Shown here: positions 38,887 to 48,652 of the stretch, piece by piece
Numbering within the stretch: position 1 is the stretch's first letter
Layout: every line of letters starts with the position of its first letter
Notes under the pieces: model-generated
What the model saw: the letters and a program-made list of their open reading frames with translations, nothing else
Database searches by the model: none
Told to the model about the DNA's origin: nothing
Position numbers and translations under genes: made by a program
Assembly (NCBI GenBank): GCA_963731045.1
Contig: CAVSVC010000015.1
Location: 27,235-91,234 of the forward strand
Direction of reading: 5' to 3'
Length of the DNA: 64,000 nucleotides
Source of the DNA: an uncultured delta proteobacterium
GTDB taxonomy: Bacteria; Desulfobacterota; BSN033; UBA1163

Positions 38887-40035
38887 ATGAACTTTGATCT
38901 CACCGAGGAGCAGAAGGATATCGCCAAGGCGGCAAGGGAATTTGCGGAAGGGGAGTTTCCGGACCGGGCCCAGGAATGTGATCGGAACGAAGAATTTCCC
39001 CGAGACCTCTGGAAGAAGGCCTGCGAACTGGGTTTTGTGGGGGTTTTCATCCCCGAGGCCTACGGTGGGGCGGGTTTAGGTTTCTTTGAACACTGCCTCA
39101 TCAACGAAGAGTTCTGGAGGATCGATCCAGGGATTTCCTCGGCGATTCTCTCGACGACGTTCGGATCGGAACTCATCGTTTTCTTCGGGACGGAAGATCA
39201 GAAGAAGAAGCGACTGCCTCCCCTTTTGCAGGCCCAGGCCATCACCGGGGCAGCGATCACAGAGCCGGACGCCGGAAGCGATGTCTCCTCAGTAAGTACG
39301 ACCGGGGTCCTTCAGGGAGACGAATATGTCATCAATGGAAATAAGATGTTCATTACCAACGGGACCACGGCGAACTTTCTTCAGGTCCTCTGCGTTACGG
39401 AGCCCCAGGTCAAGTCCCGGCACGATCGGTTCAGTGTCATTACCGTCGAGACGGACCGGAAGGGATTTGAAGCGAGTAAACTGAAACATAAGCTTGGCAT
39501 CCGGGCCTCGGATACGGCAGAGATCGCGCTAAGCGACCTGAGGGTTCCCAAGGAGAATCTGATCGGAGCACCGGGACGGGGGTTCCAGCAGTTTATGGTG
39601 TTCTTCGATCACACCCGCCTCCATATCTGTGCCCAGGCCGTCGGTCTGGCCCAGGGGGCCATGGAACAGGCCATCAAGCATGTCCGGGAGAGGAAGGTTT
39701 TCGGAAAACCCCTTGCCTCCTTTCAGGCGACCCAGTTCAAGATCGCTGAAATGGCCACCCGGATCGAGGCGGGGCGAACCCTTTACCAGAAGGCCGCATG
39801 GCTTGTCGACAAGGGGAGGGTGGAATCCCATCTCATTTCCATGGCAAAGTGGCTCACCGGGGAGACGGCCGTATGGGTTGCCAATGAATCTCTTCAGCTC
39901 CACGGGGGATACGGCTTCCTTGGAGACTACCCTATCGAAAGGTTCTACCGGGATTCGAAGATCGTAGAGATTTACGAAGGGACCAAAGAGGTCGAAAAGC
40001 TGGTGATTGCGAGGGCGCTTCTCGGACGGTACTGA
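38887..40035 (+). CDS. acyl-CoA dehydrogenase
   Basis: TEPDAGSD, NGNKMFITNG, KLGIRAS, QLHGGYG, IYEGT. Confidence 0.93.
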   Translation: MNFDLTEEQKDIAKAAREFAEGEFPDRAQECDRNEEFPRDLWKKACELGFVGVFIPEAYGGAGLGFFEHCLINEEFWRIDPGISSAILSTTFGSELIVFFGTEDQKKKRLPPLLQAQAITGAAITEPDAGSDVSSVSTTGVLQGDEYVINGNKMFITNGTTANFLQVLCVTEPQVKSRHDRFSVITVETDRKGFEASKLKHKLGIRASDTAEIALSDLRVPKENLIGAPGRGFQQFMVFFDHTRLHICAQAVGLAQGAMEQAIKHVRERKVFGKPLASFQATQFKIAEMATRIEAGRTLYQKAAWLVDKGRVESHLISMAKWLTGETAVWVANESLQLHGGYGFLGDYPIERFYRDSKIVEIYEGTKEVEKLVIARALLGRY

Positions 40036-40059
40036 TCGATCGCGGGTTAGACCGTTTGG

Positions 40060-40127
40060 GCAAAGAGCATAGGGTATAGAGCAGAGAGTTTGGGAAATGA
40101 TCTTACCCTATGCTCCATGCCCTTTGC
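40060..40127. repeat. inverted pair of 7-bp GCATAG(A/G)-type tandem repeats between convergent genes
   Basis: GCAAAGAGCATAGGGTATAGAGCAGAGAG ... TACCCTATGCTCCATGCCCTTTGC. Confidence 0.6.
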
Positions 40128-40128
40128 T

Positions 40129-41774
40129 TCAGGCTTCTTTCTCGAAGCGTTTGCGTTCTTCTGCCCTTAATTCACGTCTCAGAAGTTTTCCCACCTTGGA
40201 TTTGGGGAGCATGTCGCGGAATTCGATATATTGGGGGATTTTATAGGGGGCAAGCCTTTCACGGCACCATCTCGTGAGATCGTAGGCGCTGACCCCCTTT
40301 ACATCCTGCTTGAGAACGACGAAGGCCTTGATCCTTTCGCCCACCTTCTCATCAGGCACCCCAACCACGCATGACGCGATGACCGCCGGATGTTCCTGCA
40401 GAACGACTTCGATTTCTGAAGAAGCGACCCGATAGCCCTTATGTTTGATCGTATCCACAGAGCGGTCAAGGTAGAAAAGCCATCCTTCCCGGTCGATTCG
40501 AACCATGTCACGGGTTCGATACCAGAGCCGGCCCTCCCTTTCGATAAAACAGTCAGCAGTCTCTTCGGGTTTATTCCAGTAGGCCCTCACCATGTGCCGG
40601 GAAGAGACCAGAAGTTCACCCGGTTCGCCGGGTTGAACGGTTTCGAGGGTCTCCGGATCGATCAGGGCGACCCCTTGAAGCGGGGTTACTTTGCCCGCGC
40701 TTCCCGGCGGCGCTTTCTCACCCATGGGCGTCAAAGAGACTCGCCCGCATGTCTCCGTGGCGCCATAGCCTTGATAAATCGGTTTCCCGAATTTTCTTAA
40801 CCATCTCTCTCCCACCTCCGCCGGCAGCACATCCCCTCCGCAGAAGCAGTATTTCAGGGAGCTCAAATCGTACTGGTCCACACGATCATGTTCCAGAATC
40901 ATACGGTATACGGTGGGGACGCCAAAGAAAGTTGAGACTCCGTATCGCTGAACATGATCAAAGAGACCGTCCAAATTCACCCTTGGGAGGACGACCAGCG
41001 TATCTCCGGATAGTAGGGCCCCCAATCCCACAGCCTGACCGAGGATATGGAACAGAGGGCCCCCCTGGACGATCACATCCTCTCCCTTTGGGATGAAGGG
41101 TTCACTCATTGCCCGCTGTTCAGCCACACTTTCCAGAAAGACCCTGTTCGAGAAAGGCACTCCCTTTGGGACGCCCGGTCGTTCCGCCGGTATAGAGCAT
41201 TTCCACCATCTCTTCACTTTCTCCCTGGAAAGAGCGGGAGGGAAGAAAGGGACACGTTCTTGAGCAGCTTCCCGAATTTAAAAATATTTTCGCCTGAGGC
41301 TGCTTTTCCAGTGGGAATCTTGTTAAATCCTATCCCGATCAGCCTCTTCCACCACGGTAAAGAGTCAGCAATATTTGTAAAGATCACTCTTTTCAGAGCA
41401 GTCTCCGGAAGGACCTGCGACACATAACCGAAGTTGGTGTCGAGACAGAAGATGCTTTCAGCGCCGCTGTCATTGGCCATGTACGTGAGATCGGCCGGGG
41501 TGTAGATCGGTGACACCGGGATGGCAACGACCCTCAACCGCATCAGCGCAAACCAAGCCACAATCCACTGTGGACAGTTTGGAAGATAAAGGATGACCTT
41601 GTCTCCTTCTCTGACACCGAGACGATGAAGATTGGCCGCCAGATGCTGCACCATTTCGTGCAATTGGGAATAGGTCCACTTTACCCCCAGATAGACCATG
41701 GCCGACTTGTCCGAAAAATCGCGTGACGATCTTTTCAAATTGTTCGTAGATGGAAGCCGACGGCTAATTGCCAT
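40129..41774 (-). CDS. AMP-dependent acyl/aryl-CoA ligase (frameshifts near 41740 and 41200)
   Basis: YTGGTTGRPKG across the shift, QGYGATE, RTRD, KHKGY, LPKSKVGK. Confidence 0.88.
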
Positions 41775-41876
41775 GACTCCTCAATTTACCCCATCAAGAT
41801 ATGCATTTCAGATATTCGCGTAGAGCAATTCGCAAGCTGCGATTTACCCCTGACCTCTGGCCACTGACGGATCCTC

Positions 41877-42620
41877 TTACACTCCAAAATACGCAGCCTT
41901 GACTTCCGGATTGTCCATCAGTTCCTGACCCGTTCCGGAGAGGATCGGAATACCATTTTCAATGACGTAACCCCGGTCAATGACAGGCAGAAGAGGTCGG
42001 GCGAATTGTTCTGTGACCAAGAGGGTGACTCCTCCCTGCCGGATCTGTTTAATGGCTCTTCCCACGTCCTGCTGGAGAAGGGGGGAGAGCCCAAGCAAGG
42101 GCTCATCCATGAGGAGCAGCCGGGGTTTCGTCATCAAAGCCATGCCGATCGCCAGCATCTGCTGCTCTCCACCGCTGCAGAACCCGGCTTTTCGCTTCCG
42201 GATACCGTTCAGATGATGAAAGACGCTATAAACAAATTCATAGCTTTTCTTGACCTCTGAATCCTTTCTCAGATAGGTTGCGATCTTCAGATTTTCTTCC
42301 ACCCTGCTTTCGGAAAAAATCGGATGCCTTTCACGGCACAAAACGATTCCTTTCTTGACCCGAATGCTCGGTTTGGTGTTCGTAATCTCTTCCCCGACAA
42401 ATCTCAACTCACCCAGGACAGTGATTCTTTCTCCGCCCCTGCGGTCTTCTTTCTTCTTCATATCCAGGATCAGACCCGAGATGGTGTTCATCAGGGTGGT
42501 TTTCCCGGCGCTGTTTGATCCGAGAACCCCAACGATCTCCCCTTCCTGAACCTCCAAACTCACATTGTTAATGGCGAGGGCATTCTCAAAAAAGACCATG
42601 AGGTTCTTCACGTGGAGCAT
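41877..42620 (-). CDS. livF: LivF-type ABC ATPase with an insertion after Walker A
   Basis: GSNSAGKTT, SGGEQQM, DEP, AAYFG. Confidence 0.87.
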   Translation of the reverse strand: MLHVKNLMVFFENALAINNVSLEVQEGEIVGVLGSNSAGKTTLMNTISGLILDMKKKEDRRGGERITVLGELRFVGEEITNTKPSIRVKKGIVLCRERHPIFSESRVEENLKIATYLRKDSEVKKSYEFVYSVFHHLNGIRKRKAGFCSGGEQQMLAIGMALMTKPRLLLMDEPLLGLSPLLQQDVGRAIKQIRQGGVTLLVTEQFARPLLPVIDRGYVIENGIPILSGTGQELMDNPEVKAAYFGV

Positions 42621-42621
42621 T

Positions 42622-43380
42622 TCAACCCTCAGTCTCGTTTCCCAGGTAGGCCGCTTTGACGGCATCGCTTTCCATCACCTCCCGGGGAGAGCCGTCGGCG
42701 ATCTTCTCTCCGAAATTCAGAGCGATAACCCGATGCGTGATGCGGAACAGTTCTTTCAACCGATGTTCGACCATCATAATGCTTAACCCTTCAGCACTCA
42801 GTCTCTCAATGATCGGAAGGGTGCTGGCCACTTCTGACAGAGACATCCCGGAAAAAAGCTCGTCCAGAATGAGCACATCCGGTCGCAGGGCCAGGCATCG
42901 GGCCAATTCGAGACGCTTGAGATAACCATGAGGGAGGCTGGACGCCACCTTGTAAGGTACGGAGGAGTCCCGTTCAAAGCCCACCTCTTCCAGAAGGTCG
43001 ATGGCCACATCATCTCTTTCTCCGTACCGCCCGCCTCTTAACCGCTTCACCCGGGAGGAATACAGGGGGATGATCAGGTTCTTGAAGGCGGGTAACTGAT
43101 AAAAGGGTTTTACCATCTGGAAGGTCCGGGCAATCCCCATCTCCGCTATCTTGTAGGGCATCCTGCCCGTCAGATCGACTCCCTGATACGTCACTTTCCC
43201 GGAATCGGGTTTGACAAATCCTGTCAGGAGATTTACCAGGGTGGTCTTTCCGGAGCCATTGGGCCCGATGATGCCGAGGAGTTCTCCTTTCTCCAGGGAA
43301 AAACTCACTCTCACCATGGCGGCCACCCCGCCAAAGTTCTTGCTAAGCCCTTCAACCTTCAAGATAATTTTATCTTCCAT
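42622..43380 (-). CDS. livG: LivG-type ABC ATPase
   Basis: GPNGSGKTT, RTFQ, LDE, VEH, AYLG. Confidence 0.9.
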   Translation of the reverse strand: MEDKIILKVEGLSKNFGGVAAMVRVSFSLEKGELLGIIGPNGSGKTTLVNLLTGFVKPDSGKVTYQGVDLTGRMPYKIAEMGIARTFQMVKPFYQLPAFKNLIIPLYSSRVKRLRGGRYGERDDVAIDLLEEVGFERDSSVPYKVASSLPHGYLKRLELARCLALRPDVLILDELFSGMSLSEVASTLPIIERLSAEGLSIMMVEHRLKELFRITHRVIALNFGEKIADGSPREVMESDAVKAAYLGNETEG

Positions 43381-43381
43381 C

Positions 43382-44392
43382 CTATCCGATATCCACCATT
43401 CGTTCGAATTGGTGATACTTTCTCCGCATATAGTGAAAGATCCCTTCGGGCAAGCCCACCACGCAGATGATCAGCAGGGCGGAGTAGAAAACGACCCTGA
43501 GTGTTCCGAAGGCTCGAAGGACTTCGGACAGAGGGACGAGGATGAAAGCCCCGATCACCGGGCCGGCAAAAGTGCCCACACCCCCCAACACGGCAGCGGT
43601 GAGGGGCAAAATAGAATAGTCCATTGCAAAGGCAGGCATCCCTACAAACCGGTAGTAATGAGTCATGAAGGCGCCGGTAAAAGCCCCTGACACACCCGCA
43701 ATAAAAACAGCCTGGATCTTGAACCAGTGGACATTGACCGCGCCGCTCATGACGGCACGGTCATTGTCCCGGATCCCTTGAAGCACCAGGCCATAATCCT
43801 CATTGATCAATCTTCGGAATCCAAAGAGGCAGAGGATCATGGCTAAGACGGGGACATAGAGCTCGATCCACAAGTTGGGTAGGGGGGAGAGGGCGCTCAT
43901 CCCCTCCGTCCCTCCAAGGATCTTGGTGGTCTCGATGAAGCGGGATAGCAGCAAGGGTAGGGTTAACGTGACAATGGCGAAGTAGACCCCTCTTAGTCTC
44001 AACACGGGTAAGAGCAAAACCGTAGAGAAGAGGGCTCCGCCCAGTGTGCCCAGAGGGATGGTCAAAAGAGGCGGCAAGCCCAAGGTATGATTCAGGAAGC
44101 CTGTCAGATAGGCCCCTGCGCCGAAGAAGAGGGATTGTCCCAGGGAGATCAATCCCACGGAGGCCATCAAATCCCAGCTCAAGGCAAGCAAGGCAATGGC
44201 ACAGGTGATCACCAGAACCTTTTCCCAGTAGAGTCCCACGACTCCTTTCAGGAGAGGAAGAACCAGCAACAGGAGAACGGGCAACGCCCTGGGCAATGAA
44301 AGATAGATCATTTCGCGATAGGAAGAAAGGGCGAAGATGTCGTCACATCTCGCCTTAATCCCGCGATCGAGCCTCTCTCTCCGGTATTTCAT
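43382..44392 (-). CDS. livM: LivM-type permease
   Basis: SLGQSLFFG, LRGVYF, GGVGT. Confidence 0.88.
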   Translation of the reverse strand: MKYRRERLDRGIKARCDDIFALSSYREMIYLSLPRALPVLLLLVLPLLKGVVGLYWEKVLVITCAIALLALSWDLMASVGLISLGQSLFFGAGAYLTGFLNHTLGLPPLLTIPLGTLGGALFSTVLLLPVLRLRGVYFAIVTLTLPLLLSRFIETTKILGGTEGMSALSPLPNLWIELYVPVLAMILCLFGFRRLINEDYGLVLQGIRDNDRAVMSGAVNVHWFKIQAVFIAGVSGAFTGAFMTHYYRFVGMPAFAMDYSILPLTAAVLGGVGTFAGPVIGAFILVPLSEVLRAFGTLRVVFYSALLIICVVGLPEGIFHYMRRKYHQFERMVDIG

Positions 44393-44498
44393 AGATCCCC
44401 TAATCTCTATTTTCTCGCACGTGGGTTTCTGCTCCTGACTTCTCCGCTCACATCGGCGGAAAGGTCAGGTGTTTTCTGCCTTCCGCCTTCTGTATTTC

Positions 44499-45372
44499 TC
44501 AGACTCTCTCTTCCAGTTCCTTGAACTTGCCAAACAAACCTGACGGTTTGATTGCAAGGATGACAACGATCGCTGCCAGATAGACGACCGTCATCCATTC
44601 TGGCGAAAAGTAAATGCCCGTGATCACCTGGGCGTATCCGAGGATCAGGCTTGCCACGAGAATTCCTGGAACACTTTCGAGCCCTCCCACAATTCCAACG
44701 GCGACAGCGATCAGTAGGACTTCATACCCGGTATTGATGGAAATGATCCCCAGAGGAAGGATAACAAGGGCAGCCACAGCAGCCATGGCCGAGCCAAAGG
44801 CCAGGCTGAGTGCTGCGGTCCAATCCGATTCGATGCCCAGCGAAATGGCCGTCCGTTCATTCTGGGCGATGCCTCTGAATGCCAGGCCAATCCGGGTGTA
44901 GTGGGTGAAAGTAGTAGAGAAAGAGAACCATGGCCAGACCGATTCCAATGATGAAGAGACGCTGATAATCCACGGGGACTCCGGCGATGACCACCATGCC
45001 TTTCATAAAGTAGGGCAGTGTGAACTCGTAGGTCACAAAGCCCAGCCAGCGGAATAGCTCCAGTATCCCGACGCCCAGGGCGAACGTCGCAATGACCTCG
45101 GATAAGGGGATCCCCCGCACTCTCAGAAGGATGACCCAGTAGGTGACGAACCCCAGGAGTCCGACAATCCCTATGGTGGCAATGACGGCCAGGGCGAAGG
45201 GCATCTTCAGAGAATTGAGGAAGATCCAGGCGAGAAACCCGCTGAGAAGGTAGAAACCCCCATAGGCAAAGTTGGCCACACCGCTGATGCCGAAGGTCAG
45301 GCTGAAGCCCATGGCGATCAGAGCTAAAATGACGCTATTGACAAGGCCGTAAATGAGGATGCTGGGAATCAT
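44499..45372 (-). CDS. livH: LivH-type permease (frameshift near 44910)
   Basis: AMGFSLTFG..NFAYG, GGLES, KPSGLFG. Confidence 0.86.
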
Positions 45373-45386
45373 GCGTCTGCCTCAAA

Positions 45387-45557
45387 GAGACTGTGTCGCA
45401 ATTCGGATCTCGCCCTTCGACAAGCTCAGGGCGAACGGCTAAGTAATTGATTCCTAAATTGTCATGGTCCGTTCGTGGTGAGCCCTTCGATAGACTCAGG
45501 GCCATGAGCTAAGCCGAATGGCCTGTCGAACCATGAACGGACTCACGACACAGCCTC
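45387..45557. mobile_element. MITE-like element with nested CTTCGAC..GCTCAG REP-type units
   Basis: terminal GAGACTGTGTCG / CGACACAGCCTC (11/12); internal CCCTTCGACAAGCTCAGGGCGAACGG, the inverse of the unit at ~25515. Confidence 0.6.
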
Positions 45558-45613
45558 AAAGGGGAGGGGTGATCCGTCATCCATCGATCACCCCTTTCGA
45601 GAGAGACGCCCCA

Positions 45614-46903
45614 TCATTTTTTCATGTAAGGAGGAAGCTCAATCTTTCCTTCCGCAACCGCTTCCGGGAAGACGACCACTCTTGTACCGGGTTTCTTCCA
45701 TTGAAAGGCGCAGCCCAGGGCGGTCTCTTTCGGGTCAAAACCGTAAACGACCTGATGGTCTTTGCCGAACCTGATTCTTCCAATCACCCCGGTCATATCC
45801 GTTTTTTCGAGGGCGGTCACCAGGGCATCCGGGTCAACCGTTTTGGCACGCTCAATCGCATTGGCCATCATGTAGACCGCGTCATAGCTTGGCCCTGGAC
45901 CGTGACCCGAAAGCTTCATCCTTGCTTCCTTTCCCCACTTCTTGCCGAAATTCTCATTGAAGGCAACGGACTTGGGGACGCCCTTGACCGGAACAGGTCC
46001 AATCTCAAATTGAACATTGACCATTCCTTCCACTTCTTTTTCAAAGACGTCCCAGGCATTTTCAGGAGCCGCAGGACTGATAAAACCGGCAAGGAGCGCT
46101 GGGATCTGCATGGCGCGGGCCTGTTTGAGCAGGATGCCGCTTTGGGGCATGTCAAAGATCGGAACGATCACCTGTGCATTCTGGGCTCTCACCTTGATCA
46201 GGGAAGGAGAGAACTCAGAGGCCCCTGTCGCATAAGTATCGGAACCAACGACTTCCCAGCCGTTTTCCTTAAACCACTTCTCCAGGCCTCCGCCGGTCCC
46301 TTTCGCCCACAACACGTCCTGAACGATAAGGTACGCTTTGCTGAAACCGAACTCCTTTTTCAAAAAAGCCATGACTCCCTGCAGATACATCACAAGATAG
46401 GGGGCATTCAGGCAATTCCGGAAGTTGTATTTGTATTTGTCGTATTCGTCTACGACCTTCTTCTGGAAAAGGGGTGTCATGGCAATGGAACAGACATAGG
46501 GCAGTTTATACTTGGAGATGAGGTCCATGGAGGACAAGAGGACCTCGGAGCGGAAATTGCCCAGCACGATCGCATGGGGTTTTTTCTCCAGGATGAGCTT
46601 TTCCATGGCCGTCAGGGCATCGTGGACCGGGATCCCCGGCTCATGCTCTCGGGTATCGATGGAGAAGGCTCTGAGCGGATGCTTGGTACTGCCTACCGCC
46701 ACCCCTCCCCTGGCGTTGATCTCTTCGACGGCCATCTGAACGGCCATCCACCCATCCCGTCCTTCGATGGAGCCAAGGGCCGTGGGGACCCCTATCACGA
46801 TGGGGTCCCCCGGCTTCAGCTGAGCCCGGGAGAGGGAAGAGAGAGCAAGCAAAGAGGTTAGTACAGAAAAGACAACTATGCCAAACGACACAATTCTTTT
46901 CAT
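45614..46903 (-). CDS. HAAT-type ABC substrate-binding protein
   Basis: signal peptide; AVEEINARGG, YDA, ALEKTD..GVIG. Confidence 0.88.
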   Translation of the reverse strand: MKRIVSFGIVVFSVLTSLLALSSLSRAQLKPGDPIVIGVPTALGSIEGRDGWMAVQMAVEEINARGGVAVGSTKHPLRAFSIDTREHEPGIPVHDALTAMEKLILEKKPHAIVLGNFRSEVLLSSMDLISKYKLPYVCSIAMTPLFQKKVVDEYDKYKYNFRNCLNAPYLVMYLQGVMAFLKKEFGFSKAYLIVQDVLWAKGTGGGLEKWFKENGWEVVGSDTYATGASEFSPSLIKVRAQNAQVIVPIFDMPQSGILLKQARAMQIPALLAGFISPAAPENAWDVFEKEVEGMVNVQFEIGPVPVKGVPKSVAFNENFGKKWGKEARMKLSGHGPGPSYDAVYMMANAIERAKTVDPDALVTALEKTDMTGVIGRIRFGKDHQVVYGFDPKETALGCAFQWKKPGTRVVVFPEAVAEGKIELPPYMKK

Positions 46904-47059
46904 AACCCCACCCTCCTTTAAGAAGATCTGAAAAGTTTACCTATTCTTGAGTCTCTTGTCAAAGGAAAAAAGTGGAAACCTGTGGACCCATCGGATGCCA
47001 AAGGGAAAATCCTGGAAGGGTGGTTGAAATGGCCCTCAACGCGTTTTACAATTGCCGCG

Positions 47060-48640
47060 ATGGAAAAAGTGGATTGCCTTTTTCTCCACATCCCTAAGTT
47101 AAGAAATTATTACCGGCCTTTCGGCCATTTCCTTTCCCTCAATACGCTTCCCACCGGACTTCTCGGACTGGCCGATCATCTTCATTCCCATGACCTCTCA
47201 ACGGAAATCGTTCACCTCGGGGTGGAAAGAATTGAAGATCCCCAATTCTCCGTTCTTCGTTATCTCGATCAGAAAAGACCGAGAGTTGTCGCGTTTGATC
47301 TTCACTGGCACCCTCAGAGTTTTGACGTGATGGAGACCGTGAAAGAGGTGAAGGCCGCCTTCCCATCCCTTTTTGTTCTTCTGGGAGGACACACGGCGAG
47401 TTTCTACCATGAAGAGATTCTCAGAAATTTCAACGACGTCGATGGAATTCTTCGCGGCGAACCGGAGTTGCCTCTCTTGGAGCTGGTGAAAACCCTCGTG
47501 GAAGGGAAGGACGACCTGTTCTCGATTCCCAACCTTTCATGGCGAAGAAGAGGCAGGGTGCTCATCAATCCTCTCTCCTACGTTGCGTCCGGGGAGGATT
47601 TAAACCGGCTCTGCTTCACTCATTTCCCCCTGTTGAAAAATTACCCGATCTATGTTCGGTACCTTGCTCATCCCTTTTACCTGAGAGGAATCTCGAATGA
47701 GAGGCATTGGCGGAAACATCCGCTCAAGTCCCCAGTTTTCAACCTCCCTGTAGGGCGTGGCTGTCCTGTCCAGTGCACCTGGTGCAGCGGCGGGATTTCC
47801 TGCCAGAAGACGATTTCGGGAAGGACCGAGGTGATCTTCCGAAAGACGGAAAAAGTTCTCGAGTCGATTCGGGAAGCCCTCTCCTATGGGTTCAAGACCC
47901 TCCATATCTCTTTCGATCCTACTCCGCAGCACCCCGATTACTTTCTCGACCTCTTCTCCCGGATTTGCGAAGAGAAATTGGGCGTGGATTGTTTTTTTGA
48001 ATGTTACGGCCTGCCGACCCCTCGCTTCATCCAGTCTTTTAAGGAGACGTTTCCCGGACCTCAATCCCGTCTGATGCTCTCTCCCGATGCAGGGTCGGAC
48101 CGGCTTCGTAAGGCCCATAAGGGATTTGCGTACACCAATCGGGCCTTCATGGAGACTCTCGGGCAGCTCGATCAACACGGGGTCTCGTGCGAGCTTTTCT
48201 TTGCTCTCGGGATTCCATTTGAGGAAGAGAAGGATTTCTACCAGCTGCTCCAACTTCAGAGCGAAATCCGAAGGCAGTATTCCTGCGTGAAAGGGATCCG
48301 GACTTCCGTGCTGGGGATGGAGCCGGGATCCCCCTGGCATGCGGATCCCGAAACCTTCGGTATCAGCACCTCCCTGCGGAATTTCATGGATTACTATCAG
48401 TACCACTCAGGAGAAGACAGCCTGCTCTCTTCCCCGGGGTACTGGATTCCCGGCCATTTTGAAGGGGCAAGGGATGAAGAGCATTTCAAGAAGATCCTGC
48501 AGGAGATGAAATGCCGCCATTTCTGTTCCTATCATCCGGGCGAAGGGAAAACATCCCATCCTTACTGGGGAAAGAAACGCTGCGACCTGTCGAATCTTTA
48601 CTGGAAAACAAGGGAGTGGCTCCAGCGAAAGAGGGCGTGA
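47060..48640 (+). CDS. cobalamin-binding-domain radical SAM protein
   Basis: LGGHTAS and LRGEPE B12-domain motifs; GRGCPVQCTWC (CxxxCxxC). Confidence 0.82.
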   Translation: MEKVDCLFLHIPKLRNYYRPFGHFLSLNTLPTGLLGLADHLHSHDLSTEIVHLGVERIEDPQFSVLRYLDQKRPRVVAFDLHWHPQSFDVMETVKEVKAAFPSLFVLLGGHTASFYHEEILRNFNDVDGILRGEPELPLLELVKTLVEGKDDLFSIPNLSWRRRGRVLINPLSYVASGEDLNRLCFTHFPLLKNYPIYVRYLAHPFYLRGISNERHWRKHPLKSPVFNLPVGRGCPVQCTWCSGGISCQKTISGRTEVIFRKTEKVLESIREALSYGFKTLHISFDPTPQHPDYFLDLFSRICEEKLGVDCFFECYGLPTPRFIQSFKETFPGPQSRLMLSPDAGSDRLRKAHKGFAYTNRAFMETLGQLDQHGVSCELFFALGIPFEEEKDFYQLLQLQSEIRRQYSCVKGIRTSVLGMEPGSPWHADPETFGISTSLRNFMDYYQYHSGEDSLLSSPGYWIPGHFEGARDEEHFKKILQEMKCRHFCSYHPGEGKTSHPYWGKKRCDLSNLYWKTREWLQRKRA

Positions 48641-48652
48641 AGGTCTTCTCCT

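Noticed and set aside
35332-46861. Long plus-strand ORFs (35332..36279, 37439..38620, 45518..46861)
   Set aside because: Antisense shadows of dctP, the M24 gene and the ABC binding protein
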